Shown: one piece after another, positions 1 to 13,100 of the stretch | Numbering within the stretch: position 1 is the stretch's first letter | Layout: each line of letters starts with the position of its first letter | Assembly: GCA_039621445.1 (NCBI GenBank) | Contig: CP154954.1 | Location: forward strand, 18,896,642-18,960,641 | Reading direction: 5' to 3' | DNA length: 64,000 nt | From: Euglena gracilis | Lineage: Eukaryota | The notes under the pieces: generated by a model | Told to the model about the DNA's origin: nothing | Databases searched by the model: none | The model's input: the letters and a program-made list of their open reading frames with translations, nothing else | Position numbers and translations under genes: made by a program

Positions 1-446
1 ATATTCACAATGTAAATCATAATGAGTTAACGTTTAATGCAGATATGTGTATATTGTAATACGAATTTATTTTGCCTTCAGTCTTTGGTCAGTCGTGCAG
101 GAGGTCCTATTTTCAGGAGTACCTTTTTTTCATCGGCAGTCCCTGGTGCAACCCCAGCCCCCCCCCCCTCCCCCGGGGAAACTGCCACCTGACAGGTTGG
201 CCAGTACTGGGAACCTGACAACTTCCTATATATACTATATATACAGGTTGGCCGGTACCAGGGACCCTGACAGTTTCCCGGGTGGGCATTTCAAGAGAAA
301 GTCAGTGAAAAATGACCCTGAGGTACCTGGGACCCTGTTTGGCCAGTACATGGGACCCTGACAGTTTCCTGGGCGAGACCCTGACAGGTTCTCGGGCAAG
401 ACAGTTTCCCACTGGGGTTGGTACCTGAGTCCCAGCCGCCTCCCAG

Positions 447-1270
447 AACAAGGTGGTGGGCCGTGCGTCCTGCAGTGTGACGACGCCAGTCCAGCCCTCA
501 GTACGGGGCTGCAGCTGTCGGGCTACTGTGGCGGCACGCAGCGCTGTGTGGGGAGGGATTCTGCCGGGGATGAATGTTATATTCTATAATTCATTCTGAA
601 CCATAATTACTAAATTTATGTGTTAGGAATTGTTGTCTCAAGTGCATTACCTGATCCCCCCTTTTCATTCCTATATCAGCAACACATTTTTGGAACATTT
701 ACCCGCAGTTTTGCATTGAAGTATTGTGATGTTGACGCAGCGTGTCGCTGACCCCCCCCCCCATGCAGTGGTTCATAAATGAACCACTACATGGGGGGAG
801 TCAGTTTATGGACAAGGGGAGGGGCAGGTTCTTTAACCCCCCCCCTAATAGAAGCATGGATGCGCTTATAGGGGACCGCCGCCTCCGGCGGCGGGGGGTG
901 CGCTTCTATTTGGACCCTACCTGCGCGGTTTTCGTTGATTTCCTTTAGAAATCCCATCAAAATGGGGGGTGCGCTTCGGCAGCGGGGGGGGTGCACTTTT
1001 ATTTTATTTTATTTATTTTGGACCCTGCGCTTGTAGCAGCCCCGTGCTTCTATTAGGGGGGGTTTAGGAGTTGTCATTGCCAATTCGATTATGGATTGTG
1101 GGTTGTGGTGGTGAACAATTCATTCTTCTTGTCAAGTCGTCAGTTGAACTTTCCGATCCCGGTCAAACCCATTTACTAGCTGAACACAAGGCCCTGTCCC
1201 CGCCATGCTGATGCTGTACCTGAACAAAGTGGACAGCGGCAACGTACTGTACCGCATGGGGGTCACCGAG
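447..1270 (+). CDS. Candidate upstream exons 447-535 and 1202-1270 (N-terminal extension of the PLD, or a neighbouring gene)
   Basis: GC-rich open stretches with an AG acceptor at 445-446 and a GT donor at 1271. They join in frame across a nonconventional-type intron 536-1201 (ACG-CAGCGCTGTGTG...CACAAGGCCCTG-TCCCC), giving ...GLQLSGYCGG|AMLMLYLNKVDSGNVLYRMGVTE. No domain recognised. Confidence 0.45.
834..1066. mobile_element. TA-flanked MITE (AACCCC..TAATAGAAGC termini); inverted relative at 6226-6388
   Basis: TIR AACCCCCCC-TAATAGAAGCA / TGCTTCTATTAGGGGGGGTT. The internal segment is shared, as reverse complement, with 6226-6388. Confidence 0.75.
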
Positions 1271-4110
1271 GTGCGTAAACCCATGAATAGAAGCCCCCCG
1301 GGGCTTCTATTCGGACCGTTGGTCGAAAACCGAGGAGGGGAGCTTCTTTTCGGGGGAGGTTTACACGTGCGGGTGTTTGTGCATCATCCGGGTCTCGAAC
1401 GGGGCACGCCACTGTGCCTCTGCAGTCGGGTCGTCTTCCCAACTCAGGAGCCAACCACCGATGGGCCCACAGAGGGGAACGATGTGACAGAAGTGGCGGA
1501 GGTCGACCCAAAGGTGGACGATGCCTGACTGTTTCCCTGCGCCGCCCCCTCAACGACCCACTGACTGGTGACGGACTGGTCCTGAGGTCGGCCTCCAGTT
1601 GCAAGCCGGCAAATGTGAGGCTCAAACACAGGACATGCGATGTGTCACGTTGCCACATTGTTAAGCTGCCATTTTGACGCCAAGCTGTGAAAATTTGCCA
1701 GATTTGGTGCTCAACAAAAAAAATAGTCGAAAAAATTAAAATATCAGTTTAATAAAATTTCTGAAATTTTCTTTTGATCAACTTTTGCAGTTTTGCCTGG
1801 TGGATTTACCCTCATCAGTTGAATCTCACCCATGAAGTTTTTTGTGTTCAACGATTGAACAAACCTCTCAGCAGCCTTTCCAGAAACAATCTCTCCGGTA
1901 CTGCGACAAAACATTTATCCATACAAGGGCCAAATATATACATATATATGTATATATCTATTATATATATATATATTATATATATATATATATACATATA
2001 TATGTATATATATATATATATGTATATGTATTTTGTGCTTTGCACACCATGACAAAACGTGGGTTTTGGGCCTTTTGGGAAATCCCAGGAAGAATCCTGC
2101 AAACCCCACGGGTGGTGGGTGTGTGCGAGGTGCAGAGAAATCTTTTTTTTCGTGATCCGGGGGGGGGGAGGGGGTGGAGGTGGGTGGGTGGGTCCAGGCC
2201 GAGCCCCCCCAGGGAGTGGCGGTTGGGCTGAGTGGGAAGGGTACCCCTCCAGACTCTCGAGGCGGGTTTCCCTCTATTTTCGGCGCAAAGCGCCGACGAT
2301 TTTTTTCTTTGGATCCCAAAATTGACCCCACAAAAGTGGGTCCCCCGAGCCCTGTCCGACTCCCCTGACTCAGCGTGTTCCAAATGGTTCAATAAAAAGC
2401 CCAAGCTTTTTATATATCGGCGCGAGCGATGGAATCACGGTCAAGGAGCTTAACATTCCGCTGGCATGTGGGGCAAATCCGAAAAGAAGTTCAACCGGGT
2501 GAAGGATGTGGTGGACCCCATCCCCCGATGGAGAAACCCGACAACAAAATAGCACAGCGGCCAAGGAGGCAATTTGTGGCCCGGCAGGAAGCGGGGAGGA
2601 GGAGATTACGGACCCTGTTCGGGCCGTATGGAAAGGCTTGGCGAGGGAACCCGGTCACCATTGTCCTGATTGGGTTGCTTCTTCCAGTCCCATGTCCCCA
2701 TGATGTGAATGACCCTCAACTCCAGCCGCTGCCATGGCCTCAGGTGCGCCGCCCCAGACGCTGGGGCAATGGAGCAGCCATGAAGCAGCGTGTTTCATAT
2801 TGATTCATATTCATATGATTGGGGGGTCATCGTATGTCAATGGGTTTCAAACACAGTCATATGTCATCAGATCTGGCGTTCCCAGCCTGGTTTCTTTGCG
2901 CCACCTTGTCTGTACCCAGGCTTTCCACCTCCGGCACCAGACGTGATGTTCAGACCGGAGGTATCCTAGAACCCTGCCTGCATATGGGTTTGCGACCTTT
3001 GATTTGTCTTTCACAAATGCTTTGCAAATTCTGCAATCTGTTCATTTTGGTCAAAAGGAGGAACACAGGCATTCAGGCATTTGATTTTTCCAGCTGGTTT
3101 TTTAATGGTCATTTTTGTGCAGTTTTGATCTTTTTTATATTTCTGTTTTTGTTCTGCTGGGAAAAAAAATGTAAAATATTACGTATTTTAATTTATTACT
3201 TCCCCCTGTGACCGAGTGTTTTGTTAAACTTTTGCAGGTTTTTTCGAATTCTTTGTACAGAAGATTGAATGTTCTTGGATTCAGCATTTTCCAAAAATTT
3301 GAATCATTATTTTCACATTTGTTGTGGTTTTTTTGTGTGATGTATGAGGGTTGATGTTTGATGTTGATGTTCTCCCCTGACGAGGCCTGAAGAAGGCCTC
3401 GGGCTGGAACCCCAAGAAGCCTCTCCAAGCATCTTTCATAATCATTGTTTTAAGCAACGCAGAAAAGGCAGTTGCAGTCTGAAATGAGACCCTTCGATCA
3501 TGGAGATCCTCAACGAGCTCACCCCAAAGCTTTTGGTGGGCCGGCAGCCACCGAAGCCCGGATTATTTGCCCCCCCCCCATGCACCAGATTTGCATTTTT
3601 TGTCTCATTTTTGGGCAGTGCCTGGCTCTGTGCCGTCCAAACTGCAATGCTTCCAGGACCTGAGGCCTTTCCTCAAACCTTCAAGGTTTCCTTGCCAAAT
3701 GGGTTGGGTTTTGGGTTGATAAGCGGATGTGGATGACAGACGGGTGGGTGGGTGGGTTTGCAAAGAAAAAGTCGGTAGGTTGGTTAGGTGCTTGTGCTGC
3801 CGGATCGCTCCTCACATCCCTACCCACACATGTGGCGAAAAATCCGGGTGAGGCTGGGGGTGGTAGGATGGGGGGGTACTTAGGAGTTGGGACATTCCTA
3901 ATTAGAGGCGAGGGTGTTGGTTTGGGTTAATGTTTGGTATAGGGTTGTGGTTAGGATTAGGGTCAGGGTTAGGATTAGGGTCGGAGATAGGTGTAGGATC
4001 TTGGAGGGGGGTGGTGGGGGGTTGGGGGGGGGTAGGGGTCCCGGGCTCGTACCAGGTCTCCCCACCCGCATGTCCCACCGCTGGGTTCCCGGATCCCCTG
4101 ACCCCCGCAG

Positions 4111-7100
4111 GCCCCGGGGGGCATCTTCCTGCACGGGACGCTCCACGTGGTGGTCCATGAGGCCCGGGACCTGCCCAACGTGGACAAGCTGTGCTTCGCC
4201 GGGAAGACGGACGCCTACGTCCGCCTGTTGGTCGACGGCCGGAAAGGTGTGGGAAACAGAAAGGGGCGTTTCGTGCTCCAGAGTTTTCACTGGTGTCTGT
4301 GTGGTGCTGCCACTGTTGCTGCTGATGGGGGTGGGTGCATTCGAACTCCGAGATTGGGGGGTCAGGGGCACGTCAGGGGTACACATTGTCTTCAAAGAAC
4401 ACTGGATTCACACTGGATTCACATTGTCTTCAAAGAAATGAGAACACCATCTCAAAATCGAAAGTGTATATTACGGTCCTGATTCATCGGTCTGGGGATT
4501 GCACAGCAGCTGCAAACTCCTTATGAGATGGTTTGTTCCGTCAGGTTTCTTCTGTAGTAACCCCGGAATGAGTCTTGGAAGTGTCGCCAAACCGCAAGAA
4601 AAAATGTGTATTCCTTTTGTAGGAGAAGGGACTTCGTAATGTTTGGATGCAGGTTGCAACAGTTTGTGTGCTTGTCACCGCCCCATCCCGGACAATAATC
4701 CCCCCCCCAATTATACATTTTGTCAGGGAAAGAAAGAAATGTGATCTTGATGTTTCTGCTCAGCCTTCACATCTCAAGCCTCTGCTCTTTGAAACGTATT
4801 CATCCTGACTCCACACAAAGCACTGAAATGGGGTGACTCTTACCACACGGAAGAACTCAAGGTTGTACTGTTGTACTTCTTCTAGGTCGGATTTTTTTTT
4901 CAGAGAAAAGGATCAGCCTTCACAGAAGAAAGGTGAACATAACACCCAGCATGTGTGTTTGGGAAACTTCCAATGGCTGCCTCATCAACGTAGGATGTTG
5001 CTGGAAAGATTTGGAGAAGCAAAGGGGTGGTGGACCTGTCACCCCACCTCCAAAAAGCCACCTGGCACTGGCAGTTGTCACCCAGGAAATAAAGGGTCAG
5101 GACAATAGATTCCCTTGGTCACCTCGGGGGGGGTTTCCCAGGCCCAAACCCACCCACCCAAATTTTTCAAAAACCCGCCCACCCACGACCCCCCGGGGGT
5201 GGTACCCAATGTTGCACAGCCAGAGATGCGCTTGCGATCATTGGATCGGCCAAAATGAAAGTCAAAATTTGTGGTAATTTTTGGTCCTGTTTTGGTTTGA
5301 GAAGCATGGCCACTGGTCCTAACATGGATTCAATTGACACCTGAGCCCCCCCCCCCCCGGGTGGGTGGGCTTTCGAATATGGTTCATGAAAATGAACAAA
5401 AAAAAAGGAGGGACAGAGCGTCACAGGCAGTTCAAAAACCTGGACCCCAACCCTTGAGTTAAAAAAAACTTTGTGTCTGTGTTTGCACATGCACACACCT
5501 GCACAAAACACAAAATGCTCCGTTACGCTGCCCAAGCCTCTGAGACTCTGTCCTGGGTCCTGTTGCCCACCACACCAGGGGGGGGGTATGAGTCCAGGCA
5601 AGAAAGCTTGCGGCCAAATGTGAGATACGGTCGGTCTTCCAAGTGAAGAATCGGCTTCAGTTGGAGCTGGAGATGCTAAAGAAGTTCCGTCCCACACAGT
5701 TGACCAAAAGTTTTGGGCGATGACAGGTCGCACTGGGGAGTTCATTTCCCCAGTGTAGGTGTCACCACTTAAGTGGCAAACCGCATAGCATCCTAATTGT
5801 ATTTATTTGGGGTTTGGGAGCTGGGTATTTTCGTTTTCACAAAAATTGTCCAAGTGCGTAAACAAAGGAGAAATGTTCTGCAAGTGCAAGTGCAAGTTGC
5901 TCCGTCTGAGAGGCTCCACCCACAGTGTCTCATGTTTTCCAGGCAACACCAAATGATGGCTGCAGAACTGGTGAACGTTGCTAAGGCAGCCAAAGTGCGA
6001 AATCTTTCGACAAAATGGCCCAAAAAGCAGATGGTAAAAAACTGGTTTCAAGGGGGTTTCAGGTTCGCCTGAATTATTATCGCCCAAAACTCCAGAAAAG
6101 GTCGAAGATGATAAGAATCGGGGGTTTGAGGGTTTTTTTTGTCTGATACGGGACTCTTCTGCCGACCTCCTTTGGGTCCCCATCCACCCCAGGGGGAGGC
6201 CCAGTTTGTCCTGCACCAAATTGGGTAAACCCGCCCCCCCCCCCTAATAGAAACGCGGGGTCTGCTGCTGAATTTGAAAGGATACCAACAGAAATTGGAC
6301 AGGAAAGGTCCAAATAAAAGCGCACTCCCCGCCGCCAGAGGCAGTCCGCCATAAGCACACCCGCGCTTCTATTGGGGAGGGAAGTTTACTCTTAAAAAAA
6401 AGCCTAAAAACCAGATTTTAAAACATCCAGTTTTTAACGTAAGATTAAGCCATCCAGATTTTAAAATGGTTTTCCAGTCGGGGTGGTGTCCATGCCTGCT
6501 CGGGGGCCCTCCGTCCAGGCGCCCGGACAAGCACCATCCACGACGACCTCAACCCCTGCTGGGAGGAGGAGCTGGTGGACTTCCTCGGCCAGGCGGTGGC
6601 CGTGGTGGAGCTGAAGGTGAAGGACGAGGTCTGCGATTGGGACGGAGGCAATGCCCTGCCAGAGATGATTTTTTTTATTATGTTTGGTGACCTGGAGGGG
6701 GGGTGTAGGCCCCGGGGGGTTGGGCTGAGTTGGCCCCCCCCCCCCTCTCCAAGGGGGTTTCCTCAATTTTGGGCGAAAATTTTTTGACTCCAAATTCGAC
6801 CAGCACCCCAAAGTGGGTCCTCTGTGCACCCCCCCCCCCAGAAGATGGGTGTGGATCCCCCTTTCCCCCCAAAAATTCTATGCCCCCCAAACTGATCACA
6901 TATGGAAAAAAGTGGAGCCTCTGACTTGAGTGTGGAATAGTTTGGGGGGGGTGAGGTGTGTTTGTGGGGTGTATGAGTGGGAGGGTGTGCGGGGGTATGT
7001 GTGGGGTGACAATGGGTGGACAGTGGGCTGACAGTGGGATGTGTGCAGGGGTGGGGGGCACAACAAAATATATCTAAAAAAAAATCTTTTTTGAGCATGC

Positions 7101-10100
7101 CAATTCCAAAAATCTGCAATATGTTTGCCAACAATTCAAACGGCTGAAAATTTTGGTGGCAAGGAAAAAATTGTCAAAATGTGGATTTTTTTCGTTAGAA
7201 TTATTTCTCCGCAGAGTTCATTGAAACCTTCCTATGATGCTGTTGTGTGATATTGGTGATTACCAACACTCCTCAAACCTGATTCCTCCAGTGACCTCCA
7301 AACACCCCCCTGGGGCCTCTCAAGGATGTTTAAGTCAATTCGATCTTTTTGTTGTTGTTTTTGTCGTGTTTTTTTTTGAGGGTCGACCGTTTGTTCCCTG
7401 CACTTGACGGTTCGCCATGTCGCTGGCATCCCCACCCTCCCAGGACGTGGGACGCCATTCCAAGCCTGTGGGCTCGGTCTGCATCCCCATCGGAGCCATT
7501 CTTCAAGGCCACATTGCAGACACCTGGCATGCCTCCCCCCACCACTCTCTGACACTGTGTTGACCCTCCAGTGCATGACCATGGTGATGTGATGTGTGCA
7601 ATGGGTCTTTTTTTTGTCAATTTGGCAGCTCTCCATTCTTCCTGTTTCCCCAGATTTCACATTGCAAATACAGTTTGGTAAAAACTGAAATCAGCTCTGC
7701 GAATGACTGGCTCTGCCAATGACTTCCTGAATTTTGTGACTTTTGCTTCTGTTTCCAAAAAGTGCTTTTCACTCTGGCCTTGGTTTAAGACCATGACAAT
7801 TACTCAGTTGCGACTCTTGCAAATAATACCGACTTTTGTATGCAGTGAGTGAGGTTCGCTTATTTTTGTGTGCCACCTCACATCAGCTCCCTCCCTGCCG
7901 TCTCAGGCACCCCCTCGGCCGTAAGGGCCACCTCCGTATTTCTATTTGGTTTGTGGACGCCTCGCAGGAATCCCTGACCTGTGAAGTGCCATCCCCTTTC
8001 CAAGTGTGCGTGCATGTGCATATGTTTGTGCAAAATGTCAACCATTGTGGCGTTTTCGGTTTTGGATTGTTCCAGGAATTGTTTTTTACCCCCAGGGGAG
8101 GGGGGTGGGTGGGTGGGTCTGCCAGACCCCCTCCCCCGGGGGTGTCCCCAAGGGCCTTGTGGGTCCCCCACCGGAGACGGCGTTTTGGCAATTTTCGGCT
8201 TTTTTCAGTGCGAAGCGCCGCATTTTTTTGAACCCAAACTGACCCCCAAAAAGTGGGCCCCCTGGATCCCCCCGGGTTAGAGGGTACCCCTGGGTTGGAG
8301 GAAGGGGCCCCCGGGTCTTAAAAAAATTCCCTGTCCCCCCCCGGTCAAACATTTTTTCATGGTTGGCAGAAATTCAAAGTTATTTGGGTATCATGGGATT
8401 TTGGTTTTCTTCACTGCCATGTTATCATGAGCCATTTTAGATCACGTGTTCTGTTGCTGTGCAGTTCTGTGGTTTCAGTATGTTTGCAAGTGTGTGTGTA
8501 TGGTGTATGTGTGCAATTTAATTGGCATTTATTTTTAATGATCTCCAGCATCAACACGGAATCTGGTGTCTTTGTGTAAACAGGAGACCTCAGGAAACCT
8601 CGTCACCCTGTTCCAAGATGCCCATGTTCCTCTGACCACACGTGTACCTGACGTTCTAATTGCCTCTGGGACATCCAGGGTTGGGGGTTAAGATCAGGCG
8701 GATTTCGGTTGTCTCTTTCTTCCCTCCAGTGCCTTTTTCAGTGGGTTTCCAACCTGTGAGGACCATCCATTTTTTAAGTAGTCCGTCCCACTGACAGTAA
8801 TTTTTGGCCGGCAAAGGAATGGTTTTGTTTATATGCAGTTTTCTTATCTATCATTTTGATATTTTCTGACAATAATTTATGCAGTAACATCCTGCTCTTG
8901 CTTCTGCAGTCCCCCCCCCCAAAAACCTGACGGTGGGCAAGCTGAAAAAGATGGTTGCAGTAATCTGGCACCCCACCCAGTTGTTGTTACTTTTTTGGGG
9001 GGGGTGTCGTTTATCATTGTGATGTGCAACACAAATAATACATTTGCAAGGTGATTTGTGGTAAAATGGGTAAGGTCTTCCAACTGCAATGGATGATGAT
9101 AGTCAAGATGCCATCTGTCGCGCCTCTTCATTTAACCAGCCCTGCAGACGTACCACAAATACAACTGCTTGTGGGAAACTTTATATCGCACGCTGCAGGA
9201 GGTACAGTTCTTTGTGCCAACGTTGTCCCTATTAGAATGCCCCTTTCAGGAAATTTGTTTCAAACTATTGTGTAACAATGTGAGGAACTGTGTTTTTCAA
9301 CATCCTGCATTGCATTCTTCTGATTATTATTCAGAAATCCAAAAGTCCAAACAAATCCAAACAAAAAGCGCCGTCAATTATTTTAATGCTCTTTTTCTGT
9401 TTCCATCCAAAATTGTGGCAATTCAAAAGTCTGCACACAGGGTTGTGTATGCGTATGCACAGCTGGGCAGGGTCCCGGTCTCCAAGGGCTGCCCACCGCA
9501 ACAAACATGCCTGACATGCCCTCTCCTCTCTGTCCGCAGCGCTCCTCCCCCCTCATCTGCTTTGCAGGCCCAGCATTTTATTTATATCGCCGGCTGGTCT
9601 GTCTGGGCCAACGTCTTGCTTTTGCGAGAGCGTCCCCTTGGGCCGGAAGGTGGGCCACGTGAGGGTTGGAGTTGCATCAGTTCCATGCAGCGTTTCATGG
9701 ATGGTGTGACGGCGATTCGCTCCATTGTCAAACAACGCACAGAAACGTAATTTATCCTCATTCCACTCAGCCAATTTTCGTGCAAAATAGCCTGCCACCT
9801 GTGGCTGAACCTGTTACGCCAGTTTGCTGGAGTTGCTTACAGAAAGCCAATGAACGAACAAACGAACTTATGAATAAATGAATGAATGAACCGAGCCCTG
9901 CCAGTGTACATACACCCCCGTTCTTGACACGCTGGTCCATGACACAGCCCGTGTGTCAACCGCAGTTCTACTGTATCCAAAATGCCATTTTCTTTATGGT
10001 ACAGTGTAGCGTGTCCATGACCCCCCCCCCAATGTCAACCCTATTTCCCCCGTACTTTGGCATGTGAAGGACGGGGGGATGTCATCAAGCGTCGTTTCTC

Positions 10101-13100
10101 GCCAATCTCGAGCGCGGATTGCTTCGCTCGGTCCGTCAGTGCCGGTGTGGTGTCTTCTGCTTCGATGCCCCTGGGCCTCTCTGTCGTACTACGTGCCTTT
10201 CGGCACAGGGTTCATTTCCCTGGGGGAGTTGCTGAAGCAGAAGGCCGCCCAGGGCGTGACGAGCAGGGAGGGGCTGCCGGAGGCTGCTTGGGAATGTCAG
10301 AGCCCCCCGCCCCTTCTCACACTGTGCCCTGTATTAGCACCAATTGGTCGGAATAGCCTGTGAAAAGGGAGTTCGATCAAGGTTTGGCATTGCAAAAATT
10401 TACATTACAAGATTTTAATTATAAATTGAAATTATGGGTGCCCCCATGGTCACCCGAAGATGGGCACTCGTGACTGTTACACATTTTTCTTCATGTGGGG
10501 TCCCCCATCACCGTTAAACATTTGTTTGGTTCCCTGTGGCTGTTTTGTTTGTTCACTGTTTGGCGGCTGATGTTTGAGAGAAAGCTCTTCTGAGTCCAAC
10601 CGTCCCACCCCCTTCCCCCCCCCCTGGGGGGCGGTGCTGCTGCTCGTGTGGGACGAGCTGCTGTCCATCGACAACCGCCTCCTCAACACGCTGCTGGGGG
10701 TGACCCGCACCGGGCTGATGAAGACGCACGCCCCCGCAGCTGCTCACGTTGCGCTGGCGGAGGCTGCCTCACACTTGCTTGCCAGGAGGGGGCACTGAGC
10801 ATCTGCGTGGCAACGACCAGGAGACCAAGGCGTTTTTCCAAGGCTCCGACGGTGTGTCAAATGAATTGATCCTGAGCTATTTATAAATCACACGGTCGCA
10901 ATTGGTTCTGTAGACCCAAATGTGTTTCCAGCCGGCCTTTTCCCAGGTGTTTCTTGTACTGCAAATGCATCGCCCATGTCTGTGGAGGGGGTGTGATGCA
11001 GTTTCTGGGCATAGCAGCCTTCTTCGTCTTGGCAATCAGTTTTGGGCATTGCTCCTGCTTACTCGCGGTCCCACACACTGGGCTGCTCCCCCCCCCCCCC
11101 AGTGGTGTGCCAGCTCGTCATGCGGCGGGGCAATGGCATCAGTTCGCCGGGCAACGTCTCCGCGCTGACTGGGGTATGCCCAGGCCTTGTCAGGGGCGGT
11201 GCTGATGGGCGTTAGCACATTCAATGCAAGATCCACAAAAGAAATGACCAGAAAAAATGTCCATATTTTGGCAAACAACAGGGCAACTTCGGCTTTGGGG
11301 AAAAAAGGGATTCCTGGCATCCTTTTTCAACCTTTATTTTTTCGACCCATTCGAGCCCCACTTTGGCCCTTGGCCAGCCCCGAGGCCAGTCTGGGGATCG
11401 AACGGGGTCGAAAATTAAAAAAAAAGTTGAAAAGAGTGTCTTTTGATGCTTTTGGTGCGTGGGCGATGGTCCAAGGATGCCAGATATCAAGTTTTTTTCC
11501 ACTCAAAGTGCACCTGTTTTTGGTGGACAGATATTGCAGATTCCTTCCATTTTTGGTCGATTTCCGGTCTGGAACTGCCATGCAGGGTGGCGAGGCTGTT
11601 ATTTGGATTTATGGCAGGAAACCCGAGGGGAGGCTTCTATTTGGGGTATTTACAACAAAAAAGATGGATACTGAAAGTGGCGGATTTTTTAGTTGGTCCA
11701 ATATGAGATGAGGTTGGGAATTCTGGAAGAAAATTAGCTCACACCTGCAAGAAGAACGGTGCCAAGTGAGAACCTTTCAGCAACGAGCCCACTGCCTCGT
11801 GGCGGGGGGGGGGGGCTTTTGTGCGGACAGGGGGGTGGTTTTCGGGATTTGGGGGAGTCGCACCATTCGCATAAAATTCCACCTGGGGCTGTTGTGGGGT
11901 GCAAACCAAAAAAAATTGGAACAGAAATTTGAATTTTTCCAAAACATTTCAATTTGGTGAAGAGTGAGGATTTTGAGCCTGTCTTTTTTTGTTTTCTTTC
12001 CCCCAATCCCAGGGTCCTGATAAGCTGAACAGCGTGTTTTGGAGGTTGTTGGTTTTGTGTTCAGTGGCTTTTCAGTCGATAAATGGCAATCTTCGGGCCA
12101 ATCCAGTGCGACCCAAACTGACGCAAGCGCCGGCCGCGGGACAACTTGCAAGGATGGATATTGATATTGCGTTTAGGGGGGTCCCGATAAATCTGGATAG
12201 ATTAAACCCCCGATATCCTCGATAAAAATTGATAAAACCGATATGATCATTTTCCCCCCGACATCCTCATTTTTGTGATATGGAGAATCCCAAATCGCCC
12301 CAAAAACAACAAAAAAGTTCATTGCCCCCCCCCCCCCAATACAGCTGATATTTCATGGTATTTTTTCGGGACCCAATAAGTTCAAGATCGGCAATCAGGC
12401 CGATATGGGCCGATATCCAATATCCATCCCTGCAACCTGTCTTCACCGCAGGCGCTCAGCAAGGTGGCGACGGAGGCGGTCTTCACGCACCACCAGAAGA
12501 CCGTCGTGTGCGACGCCCCAGCCGCGGCCTACGGCCGCCGGCGGGTGGTGGCGTTCGTCGGGGGCCTGGACGTCACCAGCGGCCGCTTCGACACCCCGGA
12601 GCACCCACTGTTCGCCACGCTGGCATCCTGGCACTCCGTGGACTTCTACCAGGTTGCAAGCATCCTGGTAGCAGCAGCGGTTGGTGTGACCGGGGAAAAA
12701 TGCTTCTTTGCGCCACGACAACTGTGGGACATTTTTTTTTGTAACTGGCTGTGCCAAGTTGAACCTTTTGTTGCATCCCATGCAACGTTGAAGATGCGCG
12801 CCGTGACCACGACGACATTCCATTCATATTGTTTGCACTAAGCCGCAGCTAAAAAAGGTCTGTGTCACATTCACCGAGGCAAAAACAATACTTGCTTGCT
12901 TATTTACTGACCTGCACTGTGCCGGCACTATTTATTTTTTTGCAACACCTTTGCCACGGCGCAGTAGCGACAAATACTTGGGCGGCCCACGTGGCACTTA
13001 AGGATTTTGGCCAAACCAGGCGCACGTGTGCGCGAACTTGTGACACGTCCGTCTCAGTTGGTTTGCGGTGTTTGAAAACCCGGCCAGCGGCGCGGACGTG

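Noticed and set aside
121-410. Recurring GGGACCCTGACAG motif with short spacers, superficially CRISPR-like
   Set aside because: Degenerate repeats, irregular spacing, eukaryotic context and no cas genes. More likely subterminal MITE repeats.
8073-8333. CAGG...CCTG element as further 8-bp TSD evidence (also 27304-28066)
   Set aside because: Probably MITEs, but the flanks show no duplication, so they were not counted as support.
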